Positions 29,113 through 39,775 of a DNA stretch of 64,000 nt are shown one piece after another. The stretch comes from a virus: the IMG/VR virus record IMGVR_UViG_3300025009_000052; one strand, written 5' to 3'. Both the position numbers and the translations under genes were made by a program. Position 1 is the stretch's first letter. Each line of letters starts with the position of its first letter. Below the pieces are notes generated by a model, which worked only from the letters and a program-made list of their open reading frames with translations, was not told the DNA's origin and did no database searches.

Positions 29113-32100
29113 TTATATCCACAGAATCTTCTTTTTGTTGACATTTTGAGTAGGTTTAGGACTATTTGTCGCCAAACTACTAATTTGTTGTTGCATAATT
29201 TGTTGGTTAGTGTTTTTAGCAACTTCCTGTAAGGGTTTGTGTGTTTCCACCTTAACAGGTTTAGGAGAAGTTTCAGGTTTAACAGTGTGGCACGAAATTT
29301 TAACACCACTTTTACAAAAAAGATTCTGAAAAGGATACCTAATCGCATCCATAATATCAGCTATTCCATCAGTATCGTGATATGGCTTACCTTCAACTGT
29401 ATCTCCACTGCCATCTAAACTCCAACGATATTCACCAAAAGAATTAATAATTATTTGGTTGACCGGTGTTTTTAAAACAAAGAAAGATCTTTTATTGTTA
29501 CTATCAACTATCTTACCTTGTACCGCTGCAATACCGTCCTCAACTACTTTTTTAAATTTAGGACATTTCATTCCTTTTCTTTTAAAAGTTTTAATATAGG
29601 CAGGGTAGGCTTGGTCAACAAACCATTTGGATATCCCATAGTTCTCTTGTAATTCAGAGGCGTATTTAACAATATCATCTAATTCTAGTTTATTTTCTAT
29701 AAAAGAGTCTACCAACCAAACATCTCCATTGGGTAATAAAGCCAATACGATTAGGGCAGTATAGTCCGTATATCCCCAGTCGGCACCACCTATAAATTGA
29801 ATACCCAAATCTTTTAGTTGCTTAATTAAATACTCAAAAGGATTTAAAACGCCATCTGGAATCTCTTCTCCGATAAACCTTAAAACAGCTTGCTCAGCAG
29901 TTAGGGTGTTTAGTTCATCTATAAATCTAGGATAAACCAGTCCAGAGGCCGAGGGTTTGTTACAGAGTAACTGTGCGTCGGCCATGTCGATAGGGGTGGT
30001 TTTAAAGTTGTTGTGGACGGCAACGGCGGATTTAAACAGACCCCCATGAGCATCTTGTGGTCGGTCAACCAGATAGTTTCTCATAACAGATAGCATTTTG
30101 TGTTTGGCTATTCCGGCATATGCTTCAAATTTTTCATATCTATTTTTTTGCTCGTCGTTAAGGGCTTCCCACTCTTCTGGAGATAAATTTTCCATAGGAA
30201 GGTCACGGGAAATATAGCGAGTAACTTTGGGCTCATCTATTTTAGCGGTTTCGTGAGTAATTCTCTCGCAAACATCTAAGATATTCCATCTTAAGATTTC
30301 ACCACCGGCTTTTTCAACTTCCTTAAGCGTCTTCTCCATGAGACCACCGCTATACTTACGGGTACTTAGGTACACCGTGAGAGGGAAAAACCCTTGATAT
30401 GTAGACGGTATCATCTTCGCTTCTTTTAGGGCTGTTGGGTTTTGAACAACGTCAACCTCGTCAATACAGTTATGGACTAAATATTGGTTAGCAAAAAAAT
30501 TATTATTGTCTTGAACCGTAAAGTCATACGAATCCTGTATCCCTATTGATTCTATTTTTAATATCTCACCTATGTGTAGTTGATTTTTATTAATATTTTG
30601 ACAAGTTACTGAGTAACAGCTATGTGCATGATTATGAGTTTCCTTAGTGGTAAATTCGTTTCCACAGTATTTACACACTCTAATTGTCTTTTCAATTACA
30701 TTTTTAAATTTATATATTAAGTCTGGGTGAATATAGTCTTTACATATTTTATATAATTTGTATTTTTCAGACACTCCTCCATGCAGTATCCAATAATCCT
30801 CTCCACCCTTGTAATTCTTTCTTGACTGGACAGAGACGTCTATGTTAAAATTCTTCTTTAGAACTTGTCTTAATAAATCATTCTGTTCATAAGTAAAAGA
30901 CTGTGTGTGGAACTCTAAAGACATAGAGTTACTACCATCGTCCATAAACCAAATTGCCAACCCAAATGGGTTTAGCCTCCAAACCTTTTCGTCTATTTTT
31001 TTACGAAAATTAGCCCATTCATTTAACGAAGGTGAATTTCCCGTATACATCCTATATAATGGGGTTGATCCGTATCCCGGCTTTGTTTGGTAAAAACTTA
31101 CCTTATATTGTTTCTCAAGAATAGATTGTTTCCATTTTAAATACTGTATTTGGGCTTGACCATGTTGTTCTGCAAAATAAGCATTATTCCCCTTTCTTTT
31201 ATAACAGCCTCCATCGCCTAATAGAGAACCTAGTAATAATTGTTCAATCTCACTTGTTTCTATTTTTGGTACACTATACTCCGTGGACACCTTTTCTTTT
31301 ACTAACAAATCTACCTTAGAACTCTGCTTTCCTAGTTTAAGTAATTTATCACCAACCTTACAATCTTTTAGTGGTCTATATGTACCGTCTATACCACAAA
31401 CTTCATGACTGGCTCCTAATTGTAATGACCTACCATTCAATAACGTTACTTCAAATAACTCTTGCTGTTGTTTATAAGCATGGGTTATTTTTTTAAATTC
31501 AAATAAACCTGTTTGGTGGTTTAGAGAATACGCCTCTACATTGTCTCCCCTTATTATTCTTTTATAGAGAGCCATAGCAGATACGTTCCTACGAACTCTA
31601 TTGGTAGTAGAATTAGAGTTTTTACACATTACATCTACATTTCTCCCAATACACAGAATAGGTACATGTTCACTGTTAGCCCCTTGAATCGTACAGGTTA
31701 CTATGTTTAAATAAACAGTTTGGTTAGTTTCTGTAATCCATTCAATATATGTCTTACTATCAGAGCTTTTTTTCCAACCATGGTGTTCTAAATAAGGCCT
31801 AAGTTTTCTAAAAAAAGAGCTTACATATTGAATTGCCTTTGCTGATTGTTGCTTAATAGCTGCCATATGAGCCATTGGTATTCTAAGATGTATCATTAAT
31901 AAAACTTCGAGAGCAGCAGCAGAAAGTGTGTTGTGGCTGATACACCCATTAGACCAATAGGAGTGATCGTCCTCTACTGTTAGGTCAAAGAAATGCGCCG
32001 AATCTATCGTTTCTTTTTTAAATGAGAGCCATTGATTATTACCAACACAATTGCCCTCAATTAGGGGTTGATGACAAATTAAGTCATTATCTTGCAGTTC

Positions 32101-32589
32101 ATTTACTTGACACCATTGTTCTGTTCCATTTCTTAATATCCAATATTTATGAATTGGGGTTGATGTTAGTTCTATTCCGTTATTTAAAGTTAATTTGATT
32201 CCGTCTTTAAATCCGTCATCTATCCAATTAGTAACTTTTTTCCAATTCCAACCTGTCCAAACAATATCTCCTATTTTAATATTTTCTATATTTACTAATC
32301 CATTTGGAGTTAATAATTTACTACCCTTGACCTGACACTTATAACTATCACGGCTAGCAAGCATAGCTACAGAAGGTATCTCCGCACTCTCCCCCGTCTT
32401 CATTAACTCGTAAATTCTCCACATAGCTTCGACGGGCCCATGTGTAGATGTGGGGTAAACTACCCCCATAGGGAAGCGTATATCTAAAAAAAGATCCATC
32501 CAATCCCTTAACTCTTCAGCCGAATTTAAAGGATCGAATATGATCTTCTTTTTATACTCTTCTAGTTCTTTCTTTTGATTTTCGTCCAT
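29113..32589 (-). CDS. terL: terminase large subunit with two inteins
   Basis: Spliced Walker A ASRDSYK|T, Walker B PIL|CIDE, nuclease GGADWGYTD and DIMDAIRY. Confidence 0.92.
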   Translation of the reverse strand: MDENQKKELEEYKKKIIFDPLNSAEELRDWMDLFLDIRFPMGVVYPTSTHGPVEAMWRIYELMKTGESAEIPSVAMLASRDSYKCQVKGSKLLTPNGLVNIENIKIGDIVWTGWNWKKVTNWIDDGFKDGIKLTLNNGIELTSTPIHKYWILRNGTEQWCQVNELQDNDLICHQPLIEGNCVGNNQWLSFKKETIDSAHFFDLTVEDDHSYWSNGCISHNTLSAAALEVLLMIHLRIPMAHMAAIKQQSAKAIQYVSSFFRKLRPYLEHHGWKKSSDSKTYIEWITETNQTVYLNIVTCTIQGANSEHVPILCIGRNVDVMCKNSNSTTNRVRRNVSAMALYKRIIRGDNVEAYSLNHQTGLFEFKKITHAYKQQQELFEVTLLNGRSLQLGASHEVCGIDGTYRPLKDCKVGDKLLKLGKQSSKVDLLVKEKVSTEYSVPKIETSEIEQLLLGSLLGDGGCYKRKGNNAYFAEQHGQAQIQYLKWKQSILEKQYKVSFYQTKPGYGSTPLYRMYTGNSPSLNEWANFRKKIDEKVWRLNPFGLAIWFMDDGSNSMSLEFHTQSFTYEQNDLLRQVLKKNFNIDVSVQSRKNYKGGEDYWILHGGVSEKYKLYKICKDYIHPDLIYKFKNVIEKTIRVCKYCGNEFTTKETHNHAHSCYSVTCQNINKNQLHIGEILKIESIGIQDSYDFTVQDNNNFFANQYLVHNCIDEVDVVQNPTALKEAKMIPSTYQGFFPLTVYLSTRKYSGGLMEKTLKEVEKAGGEILRWNILDVCERITHETAKIDEPKVTRYISRDLPMENLSPEEWEALNDEQKNRYEKFEAYAGIAKHKMLSVMRNYLVDRPQDAHGGLFKSAVAVHNNFKTTPIDMADAQLLCNKPSASGLVYPRFIDELNTLTAEQAVLRFIGEEIPDGVLNPFEYLIKQLKDLGIQFIGGADWGYTDYTALIVLALLPNGDVWLVDSFIENKLELDDIVKYASELQENYGISKWFVDQAYPAYIKTFKRKGMKCPKFKKVVEDGIAAVQGKIVDSNNKRSFFVLKTPVNQIIINSFGEYRWSLDGSGDTVEGKPYHDTDGIADIMDAIRYPFQNLFCKSGVKISCHTVKPETSPKPVKVETHKPLQEVAKNTNQQIMQQQISSLATNSPKPTQNVNKKKILWI
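30469..31653 (-). mobile_element. intein (395 aa) with LAGLIDADG homing endonuclease in the terminase Walker B
   Basis: Starts CIGRN, contains LLGSLLGDG and LAIWFMDDG, ends YDFTVQDNNNFFANQYLVHN followed by Cys. Confidence 0.92.
31930..32337 (-). mobile_element. mini-intein (136 aa, no endonuclease) in the terminase Walker A
   Basis: Starts CQVKGS, has TPIHK block B, ends FFDLTVEDDHSYWSNGCISHN followed by Thr. Confidence 0.9.
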
Positions 32590-32596
32590 TGTACCC

Positions 32597-32836
32597 TTAA
32601 TTTTGGGATAATTTTCCTAATATATACTTACCTTCATAACATATACCATCTATCTCTACATCAGCATAAATTTCCATTTGTATTTTAACTACTCGTTTTG
32701 CATGAAATTCAAGTTTAAGGAATTTAGCCATTAGTGGTCTATCGTCTAAGAAAACCTCAGTATTGTAACCGGCAGAAATTTGACCGGGGGCTTTGTTCTT
32801 AATTGTTAATTTGTGTACTTTGTTGGTCTGACTCAT
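32597..32836 (-). CDS. hypothetical protein
   Basis: 79 aa, AGGAG RBS. Confidence 0.65.
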   Translation of the reverse strand: MSQTNKVHKLTIKNKAPGQISAGYNTEVFLDDRPLMAKFLKLEFHAKRVVKIQMEIYADVEIDGICYEGKYILGKLSQN

Positions 32837-32872
32837 TGGTCTCTCCTATATTTACTAGGCTTAATTGCCTAA

Positions 32873-33094
32873 TTATGGTCTCAAATTATTTTGTGTACTT
32901 TTAATTTTCATCCATAATTTTTTATACCAAGGCAGTTCGAGATATTCCACCCTAGCATGAATATCAACGTATTTTCTAGTGGTTTGGGCAAATACCTTAT
33001 TCATTTCAACCACAGACTTAGCCAAGTCGGGGTCGTCGAGTACTTGGGACAATTTAATTTCTAAGTTTTTAAATATAATATTACTTTTTTCCAT
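32873..33094 (-). CDS. hypothetical protein
   Basis: 73 aa, coupled to groEL. Confidence 0.6.
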   Translation of the reverse strand: MEKSNIIFKNLEIKLSQVLDDPDLAKSVVEMNKVFAQTTRKYVDIHARVEYLELPWYKKLWMKIKSTQNNLRP

Positions 33095-34857
33095 TATGGC
33101 CTCAAATTAGCTTCGTTTACTTGTGATTCTGGATTATCTATTATTCTTTTATGTTCCATTTCGTCAATAGCATGGCTTCTTTCTAAACTAGCATCTCTTG
33201 GGTAAGCCACTATACCGCCCAATGTTCCCATAACCATAGAGATACTTACCGCATTTTTTAAAGCCTGTTCTACGGCCCTAGTAGCATCTAAAACGCCCAT
33301 TTTCTTAGCATCTCCAAACTTAGCATTTTCCACATCATAAGTAATATTAGGATCTTCTATCATCCTAGTTAGTATTTCTTGGATTTCCTCATAAGTATAA
33401 CCTGCATTATCTAAAAGTCTATAAAACGGTGCAAATAAAGAAGGAATGATTATTTGTTGAGATACTAAGTCATTGTCGTCATTAAGGGACATGGCTAAAT
33501 TAATTAGAACTCGACAGCCGCCAGGTACGCATCCGTCTGTAATTGCGGCTCTAACGGCACAAACTGCATCTTCAGCTCTATCAGCTTTTTCTTTTAACTC
33601 CCCATTAGACGAGCCAAATATTTTTAGTTTAGCTATTCCATTGGTTAATTTACCCAGTCTTTCTTCTAAAATTGATTTTTCGAGTTTAGATTCGGAAGTT
33701 TCTCTTTGGACCTCGAGTTCTCCAGCCCTGCTTTCAATATTAAGAGCGTCTGGGTCACCAACAATAGTAGTTCTAAAACGAGAAATTTCAATTCTTTCCA
33801 TATCTTTGCCAAAATCTTCTATTTTAGCTTCTGTTAATGGATTAGACATATCAAATATTGATGCGCCAGTAAATGCCGACACATCCTTTAAAAATTCCAA
33901 TTCTGAATTTATAATTGGCATTATTGGTGTAGCTAAAGGAACAACGTTGATTGAATTAGGATTTTGAAAGTTAAAACTTAATTGGGTTAATACCTGATCG
34001 CTAAATTTATGTGCAATAATAACTACGTTTTTAAAATCGGAATTACCACTTACATAGGCCTCGCCAATTCTTTGCAATATATCCATTATTTGCACCATAT
34101 CATTTATCTTACCGTCAAATAAAATAAACAATGGCTTATCCATCGTACATTTTTGATGGGCTTGATCGTTAATAAATGCGGCGTGAAACTTCCCAATACT
34201 TTCCTCATATCCTTTTGAAATTGGAAATCCCTCAATTAATTCAACCTGATAACCTCCTTGGCCAGATAACTCTTGAATCGTAACGTGTGAGCTTGCTCCG
34301 TACCCTACACTATCGAAAGCTGTAATTACGGCGTCTGCCATTTCAGAATCACCATTAGCTGAGATGGTAGCTACTTTTTTCAATAAAGATTTGTTTTTAT
34401 CATTAATTACAATTGAAGCCGCTTTTATTTGAGGTATTAACTTATCGTTTAATATTTTTTGGATAAGTCTGGTGGTTTTCTGTGGACTGTATTTTCGATT
34501 ATTTTCACAGAAATTGAATAAGTTCTTAATTAAGGCAGCGGCTATAATAGTTGCGGTTGTCGTTCCGTCTCCCGCTTCCGATACAGTTCTAACCGCCACA
34601 TCTCTAGTTTGCTCGGTTATTAAATGTTTATAGGCATTTTCATAGCCTAAAGATCTAAAAATAGTAACACCGTCTTTGGTATTTTTGTTAGGAATTTCAG
34701 GTAGTTCTGACTCTATAATAACATTCCTTCCACCGGGCCCAAGGGACTTTCCTACAATATCATCTATTTCATCCACAGTAGAAATTATAATTTTTTTTAA
34801 ATCCGCCGAATTACTTGTAAACATTTTAGATGGGGTTTTTACTTTTCTTACAGACAT
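33094..34857 (-). CDS. groEL: GroEL-like chaperonin
   Basis: SLGPGGRNV, TKDGVT, AGDGTTTA, ATISANGD, VPGGC. Confidence 0.96.
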   Translation of the reverse strand: MSVRKVKTPSKMFTSNSADLKKIIISTVDEIDDIVGKSLGPGGRNVIIESELPEIPNKNTKDGVTIFRSLGYENAYKHLITEQTRDVAVRTVSEAGDGTTTATIIAAALIKNLFNFCENNRKYSPQKTTRLIQKILNDKLIPQIKAASIVINDKNKSLLKKVATISANGDSEMADAVITAFDSVGYGASSHVTIQELSGQGGYQVELIEGFPISKGYEESIGKFHAAFINDQAHQKCTMDKPLFILFDGKINDMVQIMDILQRIGEAYVSGNSDFKNVVIIAHKFSDQVLTQLSFNFQNPNSINVVPLATPIMPIINSELEFLKDVSAFTGASIFDMSNPLTEAKIEDFGKDMERIEISRFRTTIVGDPDALNIESRAGELEVQRETSESKLEKSILEERLGKLTNGIAKLKIFGSSNGELKEKADRAEDAVCAVRAAITDGCVPGGCRVLINLAMSLNDDNDLVSQQIIIPSLFAPFYRLLDNAGYTYEEIQEILTRMIEDPNITYDVENAKFGDAKKMGVLDATRAVEQALKNAVSISMVMGTLGGIVAYPRDASLERSHAIDEMEHKRIIDNPESQVNEANLRP

Positions 34858-34913
34858 GATTTTACCTCTTATTAATACTTATAATAATATATACCATAAA
34901 ATACTGTAATATA

Positions 34914-35615
34914 TTAAGCTTTATGTGTTTTATCTAAGACCTTTTCCCAATCAAAAACAAGGGCTCCTTCTTTTCTTGGACTATAATACTCGTCTAATAC
35001 AGATGCGTTAACAAATAAACACAACCCCTCCCACTTAGTTCCCCGAGCTTCATGAATATGACCAAATACATGCATTTTTATATTATTGCGCATAACGGTA
35101 TCTAACAGAAGTTCGCACCCACAAAGATCGCCTCTAACTGTTTCATCTAAGATTCCATAAGGTGGTCCGTGTGTGATCAAAATATCCGTATCTATGGGGA
35201 TTTTATCCCAATCGTCACCAATAAAAGTTTGCCCCAATGCTTTGGCCCTACCCTTATTCGCATCTTCTATTGTTCTACTTCTGTTAAAAGCCCAATCACA
35301 AAAAATTGGCGTAGATGCCGATCCGTGTATTTTGATCCCTTCGATTACAATTGAGGTATTGTTAAGATAAATTATATTGTTTTTCTTACAAAGATCTTCA
35401 AAACTTTGGGGATATTTCTCGAAACCCCAGTCGTGATTGCCAGCACAAAAAATCTTATAGGTATGGGGTAAATTTCCAAACCACTCTGTAAATTTCACTA
35501 CTTCTTCAAAAGTACCTCTACCGGAACAGTCGCCAGCAAATAAAATCATATCGCCATCTGGTACTTTTATTAAATTATGTTTATTGTGGGTATCGGAAAT
35601 AGTTACAATTTTCAT
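34914..35615 (-). CDS. metallophosphoesterase (MPPED/239FB-like)
   Basis: ISDTH, AGD, AGNHD, THGPP, FGHIHE. Confidence 0.92.
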   Translation of the reverse strand: MKIVTISDTHNKHNLIKVPDGDMILFAGDCSGRGTFEEVVKFTEWFGNLPHTYKIFCAGNHDWGFEKYPQSFEDLCKKNNIIYLNNTSIVIEGIKIHGSASTPIFCDWAFNRSRTIEDANKGRAKALGQTFIGDDWDKIPIDTDILITHGPPYGILDETVRGDLCGCELLLDTVMRNNIKMHVFGHIHEARGTKWEGLCLFVNASVLDEYYSPRKEGALVFDWEKVLDKTHKA

Positions 35616-36604
35616 TTTCCAAATCCTATTGATTTAGTTTCTTTTTTAAAAGCATTTTGGAATCTTTTTTTATGCTTAACTAATTGATTAGTAGATTCTA
35701 ATATTCCGATATCGTCTAATTTAGATCGAACAATGACTTCCTGCAAATGAGCTATACTAAAATGATTTTCAGCAGCTAATTTGGCACTTTGCTTATCTTC
35801 CTCGGTAGCTTCGGATATTTTTTGAATAAATACTAGCAATTCCTCACACTCTTTAGTATTAGGGTGTTTTAGTTCAATAACCTTATCGAAACGACCGGGC
35901 CTGTCTATTAAGGCTTCGACTGAGGTTTCTGGATTATTAGTAGTAGCTAAAATAAATGTCGGAACTCCTTTAAATGGAGATCCAACCCCATCTAATAAAT
36001 TTAGCAATGCCGATTCAGCACCTCGAGGTCCATAATCGCCATCTGTAGAGCCTCCGCCAATATCTTCGATAACCAAAATCAATCTGGTAACGGTAGGTAA
36101 GAATTTGGCATGGCTTAGGAATAGCGAACTAACTGACTGGGACTTGACCGAAGATGTGTCCCAAATAACAACACAAGTACCTGGATCTATTAGAAACTTC
36201 TTACAAACTTCATTTAAACTAGCAGATTTTCCACACCCTGGCTGGGAACATAATAAGACAGCTCTTTTCTTATCTCTATTAAGTTGTTCGTAAACATATA
36301 GTCTATCGAAAAATGTATTAGCTTCTTTTAAGATAATCGCCGTATTGTCTATTGATTTAAGTAAATCATAGTCTCTTAATTGAAACGGTTGTAGTTTTAA
36401 GCCACACTGTGTATTTTCAAATGAAAAACAGCCAGGCTTAATTTCAACATTTTCTACCCTTTCTTCTTCTTCAACAAATTTATATTGAATTATCTCCTCA
36501 CCTGTTTGAATTGTCAGGTCTGATTCTGGGATACTAGTTCCTTTCCCTAAATCAGACAGTTTTGTAACTTGCAATACTTCAAATCTGTTTTTTAATTCTG
36601 ACAT
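35612..36604 (-). CDS. AAA+ ATPase
   Basis: QPGCGKS, VIEDI, LLNLLDG, ATTN, DRPGRFD. Confidence 0.92.
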   Translation of the reverse strand: MSELKNRFEVLQVTKLSDLGKGTSIPESDLTIQTGEEIIQYKFVEEEERVENVEIKPGCFSFENTQCGLKLQPFQLRDYDLLKSIDNTAIILKEANTFFDRLYVYEQLNRDKKRAVLLCSQPGCGKSASLNEVCKKFLIDPGTCVVIWDTSSVKSQSVSSLFLSHAKFLPTVTRLILVIEDIGGGSTDGDYGPRGAESALLNLLDGVGSPFKGVPTFILATTNNPETSVEALIDRPGRFDKVIELKHPNTKECEELLVFIQKISEATEEDKQSAKLAAENHFSIAHLQEVIVRSKLDDIGILESTNQLVKHKKRFQNAFKKETKSIGFGK

Positions 36605-36613
36605 TTAAATCTC

Positions 36614-36838
36614 CTATTTTGCCTCATTTTTTCTAGTATATCTATTAAAAAGGTATTGATGTGGCCGGCTCAATCTATGATATCTTTTATGTGTGCCAAC
36701 CAACTTCACACTATTTTCGGATCTTCCTACTTCCCAACTAAAACGAAACTCAAATTTATTGATAGACATATTGCGTTTCATTATTCGACCGTTTCTTACA
36801 TATATATGGTTCGATCCTTTAACCTTTGCTTTTGACAT
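36614..36838 (-). CDS. small basic hypothetical protein
   Basis: AGGAG RBS. Confidence 0.6.
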   Translation of the reverse strand: MSKAKVKGSNHIYVRNGRIMKRNMSINKFEFRFSWEVGRSENSVKLVGTHKRYHRLSRPHQYLFNRYTRKNEAK

Positions 36839-36848
36839 TTAAATCTCC

Positions 36849-37064
36849 TTAAGCCTCGCCCCTATGGAATAAAATTATAAGATATTCAAAAATACCAAGT
36901 TCCGCTCTATTAATTCTTCTGGATTCTTTTTGGGTTCCTAATTTTACTTCTAATTTTCCTATAGGGTGAAAGTCGCTACAAGTGTAATGATCGGTTTTTT
37001 TGAAATTAGTCCTTCGGCTCTTACCGTACATATCAATAGCGTCTTTGTATTTGAAATATTTCAT
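36849..37064 (-). CDS. hypothetical protein
   Basis: AGGA RBS. Confidence 0.55.
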   Translation of the reverse strand: MKYFKYKDAIDMYGKSRRTNFKKTDHYTCSDFHPIGKLEVKLGTQKESRRINRAELGIFEYLIILFHRGEA

Positions 37065-37082
37065 AAAATCCTGTTTATAATT

Positions 37083-37334
37083 TCAATACCACTTTATATA
37101 AAAATCATAACAATCTTCAAAATAATTTATTTTATCAACTTCCTTATTAATTCCAAATGTTAATTCGTTGGAGCAATCTGGTGGTCCGTCACGGTCAGTA
37201 TTATATATTTCCACACCAATGATATCATTATCAAATCGATATCTTCTCCTATTTATTTCATATGACCACTTATTTTTAATACGCTTATTGTGTATGTCAG
37301 AGGTTTTCCAAGTAAAGCAGGTGTTTTTAATCAT
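37083..37334 (-). CDS. hypothetical protein
   Basis: Coupled to the upstream gene. Confidence 0.55.
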   Translation of the reverse strand: MIKNTCFTWKTSDIHNKRIKNKWSYEINRRRYRFDNDIIGVEIYNTDRDGPPDCSNELTFGINKEVDKINYFEDCYDFYIKWY

Positions 37335-37759
37335 TCTTTTCCTTTCAACATACTATCTATTAACTTATCGGATTCACTTAATACATCTTCTATATATTGC
37401 TCTGGATTTTGTTCGACTTTTTTCTGCTTATCCTCAATTTTGTGTTTTTCGGTATATTTTTTAACTATAATAGCTTTTTTATGTTTCATCTCTATTTTAA
37501 GCTTTTGTTGGATTTTTCTCAATTTAATTTCATAATACTTAACTCTAAGCCTAGATAGTTCTAGCATATGAAAACATTCGCTAGCATCCATTTCTAGGTC
37601 AGTAGGAAATCCGCTTTTGTATTTTTCGTACTCTTCGCTCACAGGAACTCCGTTGGTCCAATTATGAAGCTCGTCTTGGTCGCTAATATAATCCCGACCA
37701 ATAACCTTGGTCTTATAATGAGAATTTTCGCCGGTAAAGATACAATTTCTTTTGCCCAT
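37331..37759 (-). CDS. hypothetical protein (degenerate HNH-like N-terminus)
   Basis: CIFTG...N.VP..EE...K pattern; preceded by TGTGGTAATAT with no SD. Confidence 0.55.
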   Translation of the reverse strand: MGKRNCIFTGENSHYKTKVIGRDYISDQDELHNWTNGVPVSEEYEKYKSGFPTDLEMDASECFHMLELSRLRVKYYEIKLRKIQQKLKIEMKHKKAIIVKKYTEKHKIEDKQKKVEQNPEQYIEDVLSESDKLIDSMLKGKE

Positions 37760-38053
37760 ACCTTATATTACCACAAAATAACAATATTTATCAAACTTTT
37801 TTGATCTAAAACCACGATTTCCCTATTTATAGATACATAGCGATCTTTGGCTTTTACTAAGGATCTATGTGTAGATGATTTGTGCTTGGTTAATAAGGAA
37901 AGATATAGCATGGTAATTTCGCCATGTAAACACAGGAATTATTATGAAAAAAAATGAAAAAAGTTTCTTTAAACAATTGGCTACCAACAATACTAACTAT
38001 ATTACAAATAGTCCAAATAATATGGCAGTTGTGGATTGGCATATTACCACATT

Positions 38054-39637
38054 TTACAATAAAATAGACCATCTTTTTTTACCACAATCCCAAATTCTGT
38101 ATAATTCTAAGGACATGGCTAATTCTTTTTCAGTATTAGCCATAGTTCCTACAGCGCCTTTCTTTAAAAGTAAATCTTTTTTATTGCTTTGTTTGCTTTG
38201 TCTAGTCATATCTGGAGCGACGTAACTGTAATCTGGAAGCAAGTGTTCAACAAGCTTAAAACCGCATTTTTCATAAACAGTCCCTTCTGAGTATCTATTA
38301 TCTGACCAGGAGATCAATTCTTTATAGCCCATATCTTTAGCATATTCCGTTAGTTTTTTAACTAATCTAGAAGCCCCTCCTAATATTTGAACGCCGTCTT
38401 TAAAAACTAAACGATTTAAAACAAACGGAGTTCCTTCACCCTTCTGTCTATGGTGAATGTTTCCAGTAACTAATCCTAACAATTCGTCTTCAAAATAAAG
38501 GCCAAAAGCAATTTTAAAAGTGGTTTTACCTTGTATATGATGGTCGTCTAGGAATTTAGCAGCAATTGATCTTTCAACTTCTTTTAATTCGCATTTTCTA
38601 GCGTAGATTTTTCTATCATAAATCCCTAAAACAGACTTGAGATAGTTTTTAACTTGGGAGTTTCTATCTAACCACTCGTCTTCAAATATAGTTATAAGGC
38701 GAATTCCTTGTTCGTTAGCTTGTTTCATTTTGTCGTAGTGATAGTTGTGGTTTTCAGCATGTTTGGGTATTCGTTCCGAATGCCAGTGTAATCCATTATA
38801 CTCAATGGCCAAATTTAAAGATGGGATGTAAATATCAAGTTCTTTACCTTTAGTTTTCCCCTTAAATCTTAATTTTTCAGCATGGAACCCAAATGAAGTT
38901 ATCCAATTGTGGACTATCCCTTCGGTTTTAGAGGTTCCGTTACAAGAACAATGACCACAATCTTGTGAGTAAAAATTAGTTAATCTATTTTCTCTTATAA
39001 AACCACATTTATCATGTATAGCTTTTAATGGAAACCTTTTTATAGAATAAGACTCTTCTATTAGCGTATATCCTAGGGCTTTTAACTGATCACGAACTTG
39101 ATCGATAGTTAGGGTTTTTCCGCATTTGTTTCTAGGATCTCCTTGGAATATTTTAGCAAACGCTTTTTCGTAAATAAATCCGTCAGGTGCCAATATTGTG
39201 ACGAATGTATTCTGGGAACTTATTATTTTATGAGATTGGTCTGGTAGTCTTTGTTGTAATATATCTATAGGAAGGGAACAATCTTCCTTGTGGGCGTCAA
39301 ACTTACCTCTTATAACCGCCCTATATTGTGGATGTTGATTTAATATCTTTTTAGCGGTTTCTGGGTGTATTTCTAATTGCCTAATGGTTTGATTTAATTT
39401 TATTTTTTGATTATCTTTTAGGGCTTGTTCTAACACTAATAGAAATTTATTTTGTTTGTCGTAATGCTTTTTGCCTAACCTACTGACCATATTTATATTG
39501 TATTTTTTTATCCAATAGTTAATGTTTTGTCGGTCAATTTTTAACTCAGCCCCTATTTCATTTTGATTATAGCCCTCGGATGCCATTTGTGTAATTTTTT
39601 CTAAAATTTCTGGTGTTAGTTGTGATTGATAAGACAT
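38054..39637 (-). CDS. free-standing homing-type endonuclease (HTH + PD-(D/E)xK + IYARKC...RIWDCG domain)
   Basis: ELDIYIP..LAIEYNGLHWH, LITIFEDEW; own promoter; likely start MSYQSQ. Confidence 0.75.
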   Translation of the reverse strand: MSYQSQLTPEILEKITQMASEGYNQNEIGAELKIDRQNINYWIKKYNINMVSRLGKKHYDKQNKFLLVLEQALKDNQKIKLNQTIRQLEIHPETAKKILNQHPQYRAVIRGKFDAHKEDCSLPIDILQQRLPDQSHKIISSQNTFVTILAPDGFIYEKAFAKIFQGDPRNKCGKTLTIDQVRDQLKALGYTLIEESYSIKRFPLKAIHDKCGFIRENRLTNFYSQDCGHCSCNGTSKTEGIVHNWITSFGFHAEKLRFKGKTKGKELDIYIPSLNLAIEYNGLHWHSERIPKHAENHNYHYDKMKQANEQGIRLITIFEDEWLDRNSQVKNYLKSVLGIYDRKIYARKCELKEVERSIAAKFLDDHHIQGKTTFKIAFGLYFEDELLGLVTGNIHHRQKGEGTPFVLNRLVFKDGVQILGGASRLVKKLTEYAKDMGYKELISWSDNRYSEGTVYEKCGFKLVEHLLPDYSYVAPDMTRQSKQSNKKDLLLKKGAVGTMANTEKELAMSLELYRIWDCGKKRWSILL

Positions 39638-39775
39638 AAAACCTCTTTTGTTATATAATCTATTATACCACAAACTAATATAAAATGATCTATATTTTAT
39701 AAAAATAATTTAAAATAAAAACGAACCTTCGCGTCTATTTGTTAATTTAAAGGTCGTAATTGGCTAATTGTTAGA

